DNA of 64,000 nt from positions 1,026,745 through 1,090,744 of the forward strand of contig CAVOMR010000003.1 in NCBI GenBank assembly GCA_963697085.1, given 5' to 3'. Each line of letters opens with the position of its first letter. Position 1 is the stretch's first letter. Positions 1 to 10,383 of this stretch are shown here, one piece after another. The notes under the pieces were generated by a model. The model made no database searches. It saw nothing but the letters and a program-made list of their open reading frames with translations, and had not been told where the DNA came from. A program made the position numbers and the translations under genes. The stretch comes from Candidatus Dormiibacterota bacterium (GTDB taxonomy: Bacteria; Chloroflexota; Dormibacteria; Aeolococcales; Aeolococcaceae).

Positions 1-1
1 G

Positions 2-1352
2 TGGGAGGAGTTCTGGCGGCTCGAGGCGATGGGGCTGACGATGTACGGGCAGATGACCGCGGGATCGTGGATCTACATCGGCACGCAGGGAATCCTTCAG
101 GGGACGTTCGAGACCTTCGAGGCGGTGGCGCGGAAGCGTTTCGGTGGCAGCCTGCGCGGGCGGTTGGTGGTGACCTCCGGCCTCGGCGGCATGGGAGGCG
201 CGCAACCGCTCGCGGTGACGATGAGCGGCGGCGTCGCGCTCTGCATCGACGTCGACCGGTCGCGCATCCAGCGGCGTCTCGACACCGGGTATGTCGACGA
301 GGTGTGCGACACGCTCGAAACCGCCGTGCGGCGCGTCGACGTTGCCCGCGAGGAAGGGCGAGCGCTCTCCGTCGCCGTCTGTGCCAACGCCGCAGAGGCG
401 CTGCCGGCGCTGCTCGAACTCCGCGCTTGCGATCGACGTCGTCACCGACCAGACGAGCGCGCACGACCCGCTGAACGGCTACGTCCCGGCGGGTCTTTCC
501 CTCGAGGATGCGGCAGCCCTGCGCGCGAGCGATCCCGAGGCATACGTGCGCAGGTCGCGCCAGTCGATGGCGCGACACTGCGAGGCGATGGTCGAGTACC
601 AGACACGCGGCGCGGAGGTGTTCGACTACGGCAACTCGCTGCGCGACCAGGCGAGGCTCGGCGGTTTCGCGAACGCGTTCGCGTATCCCGGCTTCGTCCC
701 GGCGTACATCCGCGACCAGTTCTGCGAAGGTCGCGGGCCGTTCCGGTGGGTCGCGCTCAGCGGCGATCCGCAGGACATCGCGCGCACCGATTCGGCGATG
801 CTCGAGCTCTTCCCGGACCACGACGGGCTCCATCGATGGATGTCGCTCGCACGTGAGCGTGTGCACTTCCAGGGGCTGCCGGCGCGGATCTGCTGGCTCG
901 GCGCGGGCGAGCGTCATCTCGCCGGGTTGCGCTTCAACGACATGGTGCGCAGCGGCGAGCTGTCGGCGCCGATCGTCATCGGACGCGACCACCTCGACAG
1001 CGGATCCGTCGCGTCGCCGATGCGCGAGACGGAGTCGATGCGCGACGGCAGCGATGCCATCGCCGACTGGCCGATCCTCAACGCGCTGCTCAACACCGCA
1101 AGCGGCGCCACCTGGGTCGCGGTGCACCACGGTGGCGGCGTCGGCATGGGGCTGTCGATCCACGCCGGTGCGCAGGTGTGCGCCGACGGGTCGGAGCTCT
1201 CCGCAAAGCGGTGCGAGCTCGTCCTCACGAACGATCCCTCCACCGGCGTGATGCGGCACGCCGACGCCGGGTATCCCGAGGCGCGCGACGCCGCACGGGA
1301 GCGCGGCGTGCGCGTGCCGATGCTCGACAGCGTGGGCGCGGCAGACGCGTGA
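2..1352 (+). pseudogene. hutU: urocanate hydratase (HutU). It is 5'-partial at the window edge, and the reading frame is broken near 416-421 as assembled.
   Basis: The frame from 2 gives [35 protein letters not shown]. The frame ending at 1352 gives [17 protein letters not shown]...[18 protein letters not shown]...VHHGGGVG. Both are urocanase signatures. Removing one A of GAACTC (416-421) joins them as [18 protein letters not shown]. Confidence 0.9.
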
Positions 1353-2254
1353 ACGCGCGCGAATGGCTCGACGGCGACGCCGAGTTCCCCGACATCGTGC
1401 TGCTCGGCGCACCGATCTCGAAGGCGTCGATCTCACCGGTGCAGTCGTGGTCGACACCGCCCGCATTCCGCGAGGCGCTCTCGCGATTCCCAACCTGGGA
1501 TGCGGAGCACGGCATCGACATCGCGGAGCTGCGCGTGCGTGACCTCGGCGACGTTATCGGCGACCGGGAGGACACGGACGCGGCGGCTGCGCACGCCCGC
1601 ATCCGCGAAGCGACCGAGCGCGCGCCGGCCGGGGTGCTCGTCGTCGTGGGCGGCGACAACTCGCTGACGCGACCGGCGATGCAGGGCCTCATGACGGCAT
1701 CGCCGGATGCGAGCTGGGGACTGCTCACGCTCGACGCGCATCACGACTGCCGGCCCGCGACCGGTGGGTCCCGGAACGGCACGCCGGTGCGCGAGCTGAT
1801 CGAGTCGGGACTCGACGGGAGACGCGTCGCGCAGATCGGCATTCATCCGTTGGGCAACGCCCGTGAGCATGCAGAGTGGGCGCATGCGCAGGGAATCCAC
1901 GTGTTTCCGCTCGACGCAATCCGAGAGTTCGGCATGGACGGCGTCGTGGGATCGGCGCTGACGGCGCTCACCGACGGAGGGGTCGATCGCGTCTATGTGG
2001 ACTTCGACATCGACGTCGTGGACCGCGCGTTCGCGCCGGGATGTCCGGCGAGCCTTCCCGGCGGACTGCACCCACACGATCTGCTGCACGCAGCCTTCCT
2101 GCTCGGCGCTCATGCCTCGGTGGCCGCGGCCGATCTCGCCGAGGTGGACGCGAACAGCGACGTCAACGGCATGACCGTCCGGCTTGCGGCGGCAACGTTC
2201 CTCACCTTCTGCAGCGGGGTCGCATCGCGAACCCACCAGGACGGCGCGTCGTGA
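1349..2254 (+). CDS. hutG: formimidoylglutamase (arginase/ureohydrolase fold)
   Basis: GTG 1349 overlaps the hutU stop (GTGA). Arginase-family motifs [15 protein letters not shown] and VDFDIDVVD are present. It lies between hutU and hutI. Confidence 0.8.
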   Translation: MNAREWLDGDAEFPDIVLLGAPISKASISPVQSWSTPPAFREALSRFPTWDAEHGIDIAELRVRDLGDVIGDREDTDAAAAHARIREATERAPAGVLVVVGGDNSLTRPAMQGLMTASPDASWGLLTLDAHHDCRPATGGSRNGTPVRELIESGLDGRRVAQIGIHPLGNAREHAEWAHAQGIHVFPLDAIREFGMDGVVGSALTALTDGGVDRVYVDFDIDVVDRAFAPGCPASLPGGLHPHDLLHAAFLLGAHASVAAADLAEVDANSDVNGMTVRLAAATFLTFCSGVASRTHQDGAS

Positions 2255-3471
2255 CCGATCTCGCCGTCCACGGCATCGGTGCACTCTGCACGTGCGATCC
2301 GCGGATGGACGGGTCCCTCGGCATCGTGCGCGACGCGGCACTGATCGCCCGCGACGGGATCATCACCTACGCCGGGCCGGAATCCGGCCTCGACCGATCC
2401 GACATCCCGAAGGGAGCGCTCGAGGTCCATGCGCGCGGCGCAGCGGTCATCCCGGGATTCGTCGATGCGCACACCCACATCGTGTGGCTCGGCGATCGTG
2501 GCGATGAGTACGGGCGCCGGGCGGCGGGCGCGTCCTACGAGGAGATCGCCGCGTCAGGGGGCGGCATCCGCGCCACGGTTCGCGCGACAGCCGCCGGAAC
2601 CGTCGACGAGCTCGCGACCGCGGCGCGCGCGCGAGCCCGGAGCATGCTCGCGCACGGCACGACGACCGTCGAGGTCAAGAGCGGCTACGGGCTCGAGCAC
2701 GAGGCGGAGATGCGTGAGCTGGACGCCGCGGTGCGTCTCGGTAGCTGGAACGACCTCCCCGATGTGGTCCCGACATATCTGCCGCTGCACGCGACTCCCG
2801 ACGGGTCGCGCGAGGAGTACATCGAGGCCGTCTGCACGACGGGTGTCGCCGGCGCCGCGAAACGCGCGCGCTTCGTCGACGCCTTCTGCGAGACGGGCGC
2901 GTACACCGTCGAGGAATGCGAGCGGCTGTTCACCGCCGGCCGCGCCCACGCGCTGCGCCCGAAGATCCATGCGGAGCAGCGGTCTCGCAGAGGCGGAGCG
3001 CTCCTGGCGGCCCGCGCGGGCGCGGTCAGCGCCGACCACCTCGAGCACGCATCCGACGATGACTTCCACGCTCTCGCCGCAGCCGGCGTCGTGGGCGTGA
3101 TCCTCCCGGGCGCCTCGCTCACCCTCGGCGGGCCGCCGCCGCCGGGGAGGCGCCTTCTCGACGCCGGCTGCACCGTGGCGGTCGCGACCGACTGCAACCC
3201 CGGCACCTGCTACAGCGAGTCGATGCCGCTCATGATCTCGCTCGCGGTCGCCATGGGCGGGCTCACCCCCGCCGAGGCGCTCGTCGCGGCAACCGGCGGA
3301 GGCGCCGCCGCGCTCGGGCTCGCCGACCGCGGCGTCCTCCGCGCCGGCCTGCGCTGTGACGCGGTGATCCTCAAGACCTCGAACTGGGTCGAAATCGCGT
3401 ACCACCTCGGCGGTGACGTCGTCGACGGCGTGATCGTCAAGGGCCGGTTGGCGGTACCCTCGGAGATCTGA
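2251..3471 (+). CDS. hutI: imidazolonepropionase
   Basis: GTG 2251 overlaps the hutG stop (GTGA). Amidohydrolase motifs FVDAHTHIVW, KSGYGLE, KIHAEQ and ADHLEH are present. The long upstream extension in the ORF track is Arg-rich and non-coding-like. Confidence 0.9.
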   Translation: MTDLAVHGIGALCTCDPRMDGSLGIVRDAALIARDGIITYAGPESGLDRSDIPKGALEVHARGAAVIPGFVDAHTHIVWLGDRGDEYGRRAAGASYEEIAASGGGIRATVRATAAGTVDELATAARARARSMLAHGTTTVEVKSGYGLEHEAEMRELDAAVRLGSWNDLPDVVPTYLPLHATPDGSREEYIEAVCTTGVAGAAKRARFVDAFCETGAYTVEECERLFTAGRAHALRPKIHAEQRSRRGGALLAARAGAVSADHLEHASDDDFHALAAAGVVGVILPGASLTLGGPPPPGRRLLDAGCTVAVATDCNPGTCYSESMPLMISLAVAMGGLTPAEALVAATGGGAAALGLADRGVLRAGLRCDAVILKTSNWVEIAYHLGGDVVDGVIVKGRLAVPSEI

Positions 3472-4928
3472 TGCTCACCGAATCCTCGCCACGCACCCGG
3501 AAAGGACGCCGCGCGGCGGGAACGGTCCTCCCACGCCTCGTGGGGCAGGACCTCGAGGTGCCGCTCGCCTCGGGAGAGGCTCGCACCTACGTGAACCTCG
3601 ACATGGCCGCGAGCACGCCGGCGATGGAGCCGGTCGCCGACGCGGTCATCGAGTTCCTTCCCTGGTACTCGAGCGTGCATCGCGGCGCGGGGTTCGCGTC
3701 CCAGGTGTCGACACGCGCGTATGAGGCGGCACGCGCGGCGGTCGCGGCGTTCGTCGGCGCGCGCTCCTCTGATACCGTCATCTTTGTCAGGAACACGACC
3801 GAGGCCGTCAACCTCCTCACGCACTGCCTGGTGCTGCGCCCCGGGCACTCGGTGCTGAGCACGATCGTCGAGCACCACGCGAATATGCTCCCCTGGCGCC
3901 GCCTCGCCAACGTCGATCTCCTCGACGCACCGGAGTCGCCGGAGCAGCTGCTCGCCGACCTGCGGCGCGCGCTCGAGGACCGACATCGCCCGATCGGGAT
4001 CGTCGCGATCACTGGTGCGAGCAACGTCACCGGCGAGGTCTTCCCGATCGCGGAGATCGGCCGTATCGCGCACGAGCACGGAGCCCTGCTCAGCGTCGAC
4101 GCCGCACAGCTCGCGCCCCACCGCCCGATCGACATGGTGGCCATGGGCATCGACTTCCTCGCGCTCTCGGGACACAAGATGTACGCGCCCTTCGGTGGCG
4201 GCGCCCTGATCGCACCCTCGGCGGTGATGGCGGACGCCGAGCCGATGCTCGCCGGCGGCGGCGCGGTCACGTACGTCACGACCGACGACGTGCAGTGGGC
4301 CTCCCTGCCGGACCGCCACGAGGCGGGGAGCCCGAACGTGGTCGGGGCGATCGCGCTCGGCGCCGCCTGCACCGTGCTCGGCCGGACCGGCATGGCGCAC
4401 ATCGGAGCGCACGAGAAACGCCTGCTCGCGTATCTCGACGGCCAGATCGACGATCTCCCGAGGCTCCACCGGCTGCGGCTGTGGGATGGACCTGACGTCG
4501 ACCGCCTCGGAGTCAGCACGTTCACCGTCGACGGCATGCACCACGCGCTGGTCGCGTCGGTGCTGAGCGCGGAGTACGCGGTGGGGGTCCGCCACGGATG
4601 CTTCTGCGCACACCCGTACATCACGCACCTCCTCGGCGTGAGCATCGGCGAGGCACACACGATCCGCGAGCGGCTTCGGCGCGGCGAGCACCAGGAGATT
4701 CCGGGCGCCATCCGGGCGTCGTTCGGCATGGGCACGACCGTCGAGCACATCGACCGTCTGGTCGCGGCCCTCCGCGAGATCACGACGCACGGACCCCACC
4801 TCGACTACGTCGAGGACCCGCACACCGGCGACTATCTCCCGGTCGGCGACCGGCGGACGCTGCCGTCGTTCGACTTCCTGCCACCGCTCGAGGAGATGGC
4901 GACGCCGTCGGGCTGCGGTCAGTTCTGA
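3471..4928 (+). CDS. class-V (cysteine desulfurase-like) PLP-dependent aminotransferase
   Basis: ATG 3471 overlaps the hutI stop (TGATG). Motifs are SNVTGEVFPIAEIGRIAHEHGALLSVDAAQ and SGHKMYAPFGGGALI (Schiff-base Lys). Confidence 0.8.
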   Translation: MLTESSPRTRKGRRAAGTVLPRLVGQDLEVPLASGEARTYVNLDMAASTPAMEPVADAVIEFLPWYSSVHRGAGFASQVSTRAYEAARAAVAAFVGARSSDTVIFVRNTTEAVNLLTHCLVLRPGHSVLSTIVEHHANMLPWRRLANVDLLDAPESPEQLLADLRRALEDRHRPIGIVAITGASNVTGEVFPIAEIGRIAHEHGALLSVDAAQLAPHRPIDMVAMGIDFLALSGHKMYAPFGGGALIAPSAVMADAEPMLAGGGAVTYVTTDDVQWASLPDRHEAGSPNVVGAIALGAACTVLGRTGMAHIGAHEKRLLAYLDGQIDDLPRLHRLRLWDGPDVDRLGVSTFTVDGMHHALVASVLSAEYAVGVRHGCFCAHPYITHLLGVSIGEAHTIRERLRRGEHQEIPGAIRASFGMGTTVEHIDRLVAALREITTHGPHLDYVEDPHTGDYLPVGDRRTLPSFDFLPPLEEMATPSGCGQF

Positions 4929-6986
4929 CGCGCGGGCAGAATGCCCAGCTCCCGGGACAGCCCGACCATGTCGGTCACCGGCGCCTTGCACACAAACCCA
5001 TGGCAGACGTACGCGGCCGGCGAGCCCTGCACGAGGGGCTTTCCCTCCAGAAGCGGCACGTCGCCGGGAGCTCCCCACGCGAGCACCGTGCGCGGGTCGA
5101 AGAGGCCTTGCGCCAGGCCCAGGAGCGACCGGGTCACCGGGTCGGCCGGATCGCCGGCGATCGCGATCTCGCGCATCGGACCGACCACGAGCTCCATCGC
5201 GGCACCGAGCCCGGCGACCGCGAGTGGTGCGCGTCCGACCACTGACGCGAGCGGTGCGACGATCTCGGTCGCGTGCTCACGCCACCGGTCCTCGCCGGTG
5301 AACGCGTGCATGCGGCAGAACAGCGTTGCGGCCACTGACTGGCCCGCGCTCACCGGGTTGTCGTCGATCGTGCGCGGGCGGACGATGAGCGGCTCGGCGT
5401 CGGCCGCGGTGTCGTAGTACGCGCCGGCTTCGTCCCGATACTGCTGCACGATCCGTTCGCAGAGTCCGAGTGCTGCACTGAAGTACCTCGACTCACCGGA
5501 CGCGGCGTAGAGCGTGAGCAGGGCGTCTCCGAGGTTGGCAGTGTCGTCGAGGAACCCGATGATGCGCGCGCCACCTTCGTTCCAGATGCGGTGCACGACG
5601 CCGTCGCGAACCAGGTTCTCGAGCAGAAAGTCCGCGCACGTCCGCGCGATCTCGACGTAGTCCTTGCGCCCGAGCATCGAGCCGGCCTCGGCGAACGCGG
5701 TGACGGCGAGCGCGTTCCAGGACGTGACGACCTTCCCGTCGCGAGCCGGTGCGGCGCGGTCCGCCCGAGCCGCGAGCAGACGCGTGCGAATGTCCTCGAT
5801 CCTCGTGCGCAGCGCGGGCTCCTCGAGCTGCATCGAGCGTGCAACCTGCGCGAGCGGGTACGGCATCGAGAGCACGGTGGTGCCGTGCTCGAAGTTGCCG
5901 CTGTCGACCACCCCGAACACCCGGGCGGCGAGGGCACCGTCATCGGGGCCGAGCACGTCGCGAAGCTGCGCCGGCGTCCAGACGAAGAACGCGCCTTCGC
6001 CTCCCGGGCTGTCCGCGTCCTGCGACGCGGCGAAGCCGCCCTCGGGCAACCGCAGCTCGCGAGCCGTGTAGTCGAGGGTGCGCGTGCACACCTCGAGCAT
6101 CCCCTCGTCGAAGCTGAGCCCGTACGCGTGCAGATACACGGGCGCCAGGAGCGCGTTGTCGTACAGCATCTTCTCGAAGTGCGGCACGGCCCATCGCCCG
6201 TCGACGCTGTAGCGATGGAAGCCACCACCGACCTGGTCGTGGATGCCGCCGCGCGCCATCGCGTCGAGCGACATGATCGCGGCGTCGCGCAGCGCGATCC
6301 CCTCCTTGTCGCCCGGGCTGCGTCTGACTCGGCGCAGCGACCCGCGCAGCAACAGGTCGAGCGCCTGCGGGTGCGGAAACTTCGGCGCCGCACCGAAGCC
6401 TCCGTGACTGCGATCAACCTGCCCGAGCAGCGTGGTTGCCGCGGAGTCGAGGAGTGCCTCGGTCGGCTCCACCGCACCGGGAAGCTGACGTGGCGCAACA
6501 GCTTCACGCACCTGCTCGCCCATCGCCGATATCTCCGCGGCCTGCTTGCTGTATGCGTCGGCGGCGGCGCGCAGGACCGTGCCGAACCCGTGCATGCCCT
6601 GGCGATCCGCGGGCGGAAAGTACGTCCCCGCGTAGAACGGAAGGCCGTCCGGGGTGAGGAAGACGGTGAGCGGCCACCCGCCGGCGACGCCCATCGCCTG
6701 GGCGGCGCTCATGTAGATCGTGTCGACGTCGGGCCGCTCCTCGCGGTCGACCTTGATGCTGACGAACAGCTCATTCATGATCGCCGCGATCTCCGGGTTC
6801 TCGAATGAACTCGTGCGCCATCACGTGGCACCAGTGACAGGCGCTGTACCCGACGGAGAGGACGACCGGCCGGCCCTCGGACCGCGCTCGATCGAACGCC
6901 TCGTCACCCCACGGATACCAGTCGACCGGATTCTCCGCATGCTGCAGGAGGTACGGGCTGGACTCGGCGGCGAGACGGTTCGGCAC
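4919..6986 (-). pseudogene. thioredoxin-domain protein of the YyaL/DUF255 family. The frame is broken at 6807-6812 as assembled.
   Basis: The N-terminal piece is [50 protein letters not shown]. The main piece is [19 protein letters not shown]... Deleting one base of GAACTC gives [17 protein letters not shown], the family consensus junction. Confidence 0.85.
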
Positions 6987-7022
6987 CGGCCCACGCTAGC
7001 CGAACACCGCGTGCGCGCGCCG

Positions 7023-7778
7023 TCAGACGAGCAGGCGCACCGCCACGGCCACGCCGAGCACCACGACCAGGATGCGCAGCGGAGTCGGTGGCACGCGGCG
7101 GGCGAGCGCCGCCCCGGCGAAGCCTCCGGCGAAAGCCGCCGGCGCCATGGCCGCGACCACGGGCCACGACACGGGGGCGGCGATGGCGAAGCAGACGGCG
7201 GCGACGCCGTTCACCACCATCGAGATCACGCCCTTCAGAGCGTTCAACCGCTGCAGCGAGTCGCTGAGAAAGAGCCCGAGCACGCCGAGCAGCAGCACGC
7301 CGAGACCGGCGCCGAAGAAGGCTCCGTAGACGCCACCGGCGGCGTCACCCGCGATCAGCAACGGGCTGGTATGCACCGCATGCCGTGCGCCGGTCAGCCA
7401 GCGGCTGACGAGCGGCTGCACCGCGAGCAGGAGGCACGCGAAGAGGATCAGCCACGGCACGACATCGCGAAATGCAGCCGGTGAGGTGCGCGTGAGCAGA
7501 TACGCGCCGATGAGCGCGCCGACGGCTCCCGCAGCGCCGAGCACGAGCACCCTGCGTCGCTGCCCGGCGAGCTCGCGCCGGTATGACAGGCTGCCGCCCG
7601 CATAGCCTGGCAGCAGGCCGAGCGTGTTGCTGACATTCGCGACGAGCGCCGGGTATCCGAGCGCGAGCAGGACGGGGAACGTCAGCAGGGTTCCGCCTCC
7701 GGCGAGCGTGTTGATGGCGGCGCCGATGAGCCCGACCGCGGCCATCTCCGCGATCGACAGTGCATCGAGATGGATCAC
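7023..7778 (-). CDS. TauE/SafE (DUF81) family anion exporter
   Basis: Polytopic, Gly/Ala-rich membrane protein. The N-terminus AVGLIGAAINTLAGGGTLLTFPVLLALGYP is typical of the family. Confidence 0.75.
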   Translation of the reverse strand: MIHLDALSIAEMAAVGLIGAAINTLAGGGTLLTFPVLLALGYPALVANVSNTLGLLPGYAGGSLSYRRELAGQRRRVLVLGAAGAVGALIGAYLLTRTSPAAFRDVVPWLILFACLLLAVQPLVSRWLTGARHAVHTSPLLIAGDAAGGVYGAFFGAGLGVLLLGVLGLFLSDSLQRLNALKGVISMVVNGVAAVCFAIAAPVSWPVVAAMAPAAFAGGFAGAALARRVPPTPLRILVVVLGVAVAVRLLV

Positions 7779-8671
7779 GAGGTGGCTCCGTCGACGCGCC
7801 GAGGCACGAGCCGCACCATGCCGAGCAGCGTGAGCGCGGCGGCGACCAGGGTCACCGCGCCGATGCCGATCCAGCGCCAGACCAGTGCCGCATCCTGGTA
7901 TGCGGGCGGCGCGGGGAGCTCCTGCAGGACGTGCACCCAGAGTCCGTTCGAGGTGCCCGCGTACAGCGAGTGCCGCGCGGGGTCGGCCGACAGCGCGTAC
8001 ACGGAGTTGGGCAGCCCCGGCCCGGCGCGGATCCAGTCGTCGCCGCCGTCGGTGCTGATGAGCACCGCGTACCCGTCAGTGCCGAGGTAGATCGCCTCGC
8101 TGAGCGGTTGCGTGAACGCCGCCACCGACGTGACACGGGGAACGCCCTGCACAAGGCTCTGGGGCAGGAGCAGCAGCGCCTGTTTCCAGTCGCCGTCCTC
8201 GCCACGCCGCCAGACGGTGCCGTCGGTGCTCACGGCGACAACCACGCCGGGAAGCGCAGCCGGGGACGCGAGGAGATCCGCGCCGGCGCCGAGGCTGGGG
8301 CTCCCCGGGTCGAAGGTCGGCGCGCTTCGGAGCGCCGAGTTCGCGGTGTAGGCGACCCGGCCACCGGAGGTGATCGACCACACGGCGGTGCCGATCTGCA
8401 CCGTGCCCGTGGGCGGGAACGCCGGGTTGCCGGCCGCGGGCGCGAATGTCGCACCAGCGTCGGTCGACACCAGCGTCGTGCCGGAGCCGGTGCGAACCAT
8501 GATCGCGTTCCCGATCGCGCTCACCTTCGTGATCGATTGCCCTCGGAGTCCCACCGGGCTCCACCACCCGTCGGCCGCCCGAACCGGCGTGCTCCCCATC
8601 AACAGCACCGGCAGTGCAAGCGCCGCCAAGACAGCCCCGATGACGACCCGGCGCCGGTGATCAGAAGCCAT
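7775..8671 (-). CDS. exported BNR/Asp-box (Ycf48-like) beta-propeller protein with a C-terminal membrane anchor
   Basis: Signal/TM VVIGAVLAALALPVLLMG, Asp-box-like STDAGATF and STDGGDDW, and C-terminal TM WIGIGAVTLVAAALTLLGMV. The start is taken at ATG 8671. Confidence 0.6.
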   Translation of the reverse strand: MASDHRRRVVIGAVLAALALPVLLMGSTPVRAADGWWSPVGLRGQSITKVSAIGNAIMVRTGSGTTLVSTDAGATFAPAAGNPAFPPTGTVQIGTAVWSITSGGRVAYTANSALRSAPTFDPGSPSLGAGADLLASPAALPGVVVAVSTDGTVWRRGEDGDWKQALLLLPQSLVQGVPRVTSVAAFTQPLSEAIYLGTDGYAVLISTDGGDDWIRAGPGLPNSVYALSADPARHSLYAGTSNGLWVHVLQELPAPPAYQDAALVWRWIGIGAVTLVAAALTLLGMVRLVPRRVDGATS

Positions 8672-9548
8672 ACAGCCCCTGGACGATCCCGAACTGCAGC
8701 GCGATGTCCGCAACCGCGTGGATGATCACGGCCGGCCACAGTGAGTTGGTCCGCCGCACGAGCCATCCGAAGGCAAGGCCGACGAGGAACGTGATCGGCA
8801 CGAAGGGCGCCTCGGGGCCGCCGTAGCTGATGGCCAGGTGGGCGAGCCCGAAGACGGCCGCCTGGCAGACGTTCGCCCAGCGGGGGCTCATCGTCCGCTC
8901 GAGCGCGCCGAGCAGCAGGCCACGGAACTGCACCTCCTGCGAGAAGGCCTGGAGCGCGTTCGCGGGTCCGAGAAAGGGGAAGTCGCGCCCGATCGCGACC
9001 GGCTGGAGAGCCACGCGTCCGAGCACGCCGGCCGGCAGAGCGAGACCGAGGCCGATGAGCACAGCGCTCCCGAGCACGCCGGCCGCGAGACCGCCGAGGC
9101 CAAGGTGGCGCATGCGAAGCGACGCGCGCCAGTCCGGCGCCACCCAGCGCCACGCGGCGAACGCGATCAGGAGCGTGCCGGCCGCCTGGGCGACCGACGA
9201 CCAGAAGACCTGCGCGTCGTAGCTGCCGGAATGCGTGCCGAGGAGGTCGAAGAGGATCTGCGGTCCCGCGTAGAGCAGCGTGTACGTCGTTGCCACAGCG
9301 GCGAGCGCGAGGACCACCGGACGAGCCGGCTGCAGTCGCGGCACCACGAGCGACGGGATCGCGATCAGCACGGACGCGATGCTCAGGCGGGCGAGATACG
9401 GGTCCACACCGTTGGGGTCGCTGAACGTGATCGGGACGAGCAGCGCCGCGCCGAGGCCGAGCTCGGCGACGACCAGCGTCGTCGCGGCCGGCCACCAGGC
9501 GGCGCCTCGGTAGCGAGTCAGCCGGGAGCTCAGCGGCTCGGTGGCCAC
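8661..9548 (-). CDS. CPBP (CAAX/Abi) family intramembrane metalloprotease
   Basis: Multi-TM protein with motifs EVQFRGLL, FGLAHL and HAVADI. The start is uncertain; GTG 9548 was chosen just downstream of the HIT gene stop. Confidence 0.7.
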   Translation of the reverse strand: MATEPLSSRLTRYRGAAWWPAATTLVVAELGLGAALLVPITFSDPNGVDPYLARLSIASVLIAIPSLVVPRLQPARPVVLALAAVATTYTLLYAGPQILFDLLGTHSGSYDAQVFWSSVAQAAGTLLIAFAAWRWVAPDWRASLRMRHLGLGGLAAGVLGSAVLIGLGLALPAGVLGRVALQPVAIGRDFPFLGPANALQAFSQEVQFRGLLLGALERTMSPRWANVCQAAVFGLAHLAISYGGPEAPFVPITFLVGLAFGWLVRRTNSLWPAVIIHAVADIALQFGIVQGLYGF

Positions 9549-9552
9549 CGGT

Positions 9553-10038
9553 TCAGCGCGCGCCGGAAGGCGGGAGCCCGGCGGTGATACGCGCGGCCAT
9601 CTCGTCGAGGTCGGCCCGCTCGGGTTCGAGGCCGTAACCGGGCGGAAAGCGGAATCCAAATCGATCCTCCGCACGGCGGGGGATCAGGTGGATGTGGACG
9701 TGGGCGACCTCCTGTCCCGCCGCCTCCCCGTCGGCGACGTACACGCTCACCGCCTCGAGCGGGACGGTGCTGGCCCGGAGTGCCCGGTTCAGCGTCGTCG
9801 CGACCTCCCAGAGCCGCGCGAGGCTTGCGCTGTCGAGCTCGGGGATCAGCTTCGCATGGACTCGCGGGACGACCAGAAGATGGCCTGGCTGCACCGGTCG
9901 AATGTCCATGAACGCCACGACGAGATCGTCCCGATGCAGGACGGTCGCCGGAGCGTCGCCACGGACGATGGCGCAGAAGATGCAGCCGGCCGCTTCCGGC
10001 CCCGACGTTTCCATTGCCGAGCATCGTACCGATGGCAC
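9553..10038 (-). CDS. HIT (histidine triad) family protein
   Basis: Motifs are CIFCAIVRGD...VAFMDIRPVQPGHLLVVP and the histidine triad HVHIHLIPR. An alternative start is ATG 10014. Confidence 0.85.
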   Translation of the reverse strand: MPSVRCSAMETSGPEAAGCIFCAIVRGDAPATVLHRDDLVVAFMDIRPVQPGHLLVVPRVHAKLIPELDSASLARLWEVATTLNRALRASTVPLEAVSVYVADGEAAGQEVAHVHIHLIPRRAEDRFGFRFPPGYGLEPERADLDEMAARITAGLPPSGAR

Positions 10039-10086
10039 GGCAGCGCTCCGGGACGGCGGGCCGCGGACGTCGCGACGCAGCCAGGC

Positions 10087-10272
10087 CTAAGCGGCCTGGT
10101 CGGCCCTCTGGCCCCACCAGCGCAGGAGCGACAGGTCTTCCTCGTGCACCGCGGCGCCGAGCCAGGCTCGCCATTCGCGCTCGAATCCCCCGGGCGTGTG
10201 AAACAGCGCCAGCCACTTCCAGTCGGGAGGCAGTTGCTCGGCAAGGTCGGTGAGCGGGCTCTTGTTTTCCAT
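10087..10272 (-). CDS. small hypothetical protein (61 aa from MENKSPLTDL)
   Basis: It is an ORF with non-shadow composition (W/E/L-rich) and no recognisable family. Confidence 0.35.
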   Translation of the reverse strand: MENKSPLTDLAEQLPPDWKWLALFHTPGGFEREWRAWLGAAVHEEDLSLLRWWGQRADQAA

Positions 10273-10383
10273 GATGTCTCTCGTCCTGCGCCGGCGTGAT
10301 TCCGGCACCGATCAGCTTTTCCCCGCCGGGGCGCGGCTAAACCCCTCACTCGAATTGCCGGGTTCCAGTACGCTTCCGCCGCT

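Noticed and set aside
3210-5078. Very long ORFs lie on the opposite strand or in other frames of real genes. Examples are 3210-5078(-), 5591-6808(+), 15106-16677(-), 26032-27489(-), 27553-28971(-), 33112-35127(+), 41888-43681(+), 44306-45877(+), 51437-53014(+), 53990-55069(+), 57667-58920(+) and 58553-59848(-).
   Set aside because: Their translations are Arg/Ala/Gly/Pro-dominated with no family motifs. Each fully overlaps an ORF with clear family signatures. Such shadow ORFs are expected at about 70% GC because stop codons are rare.
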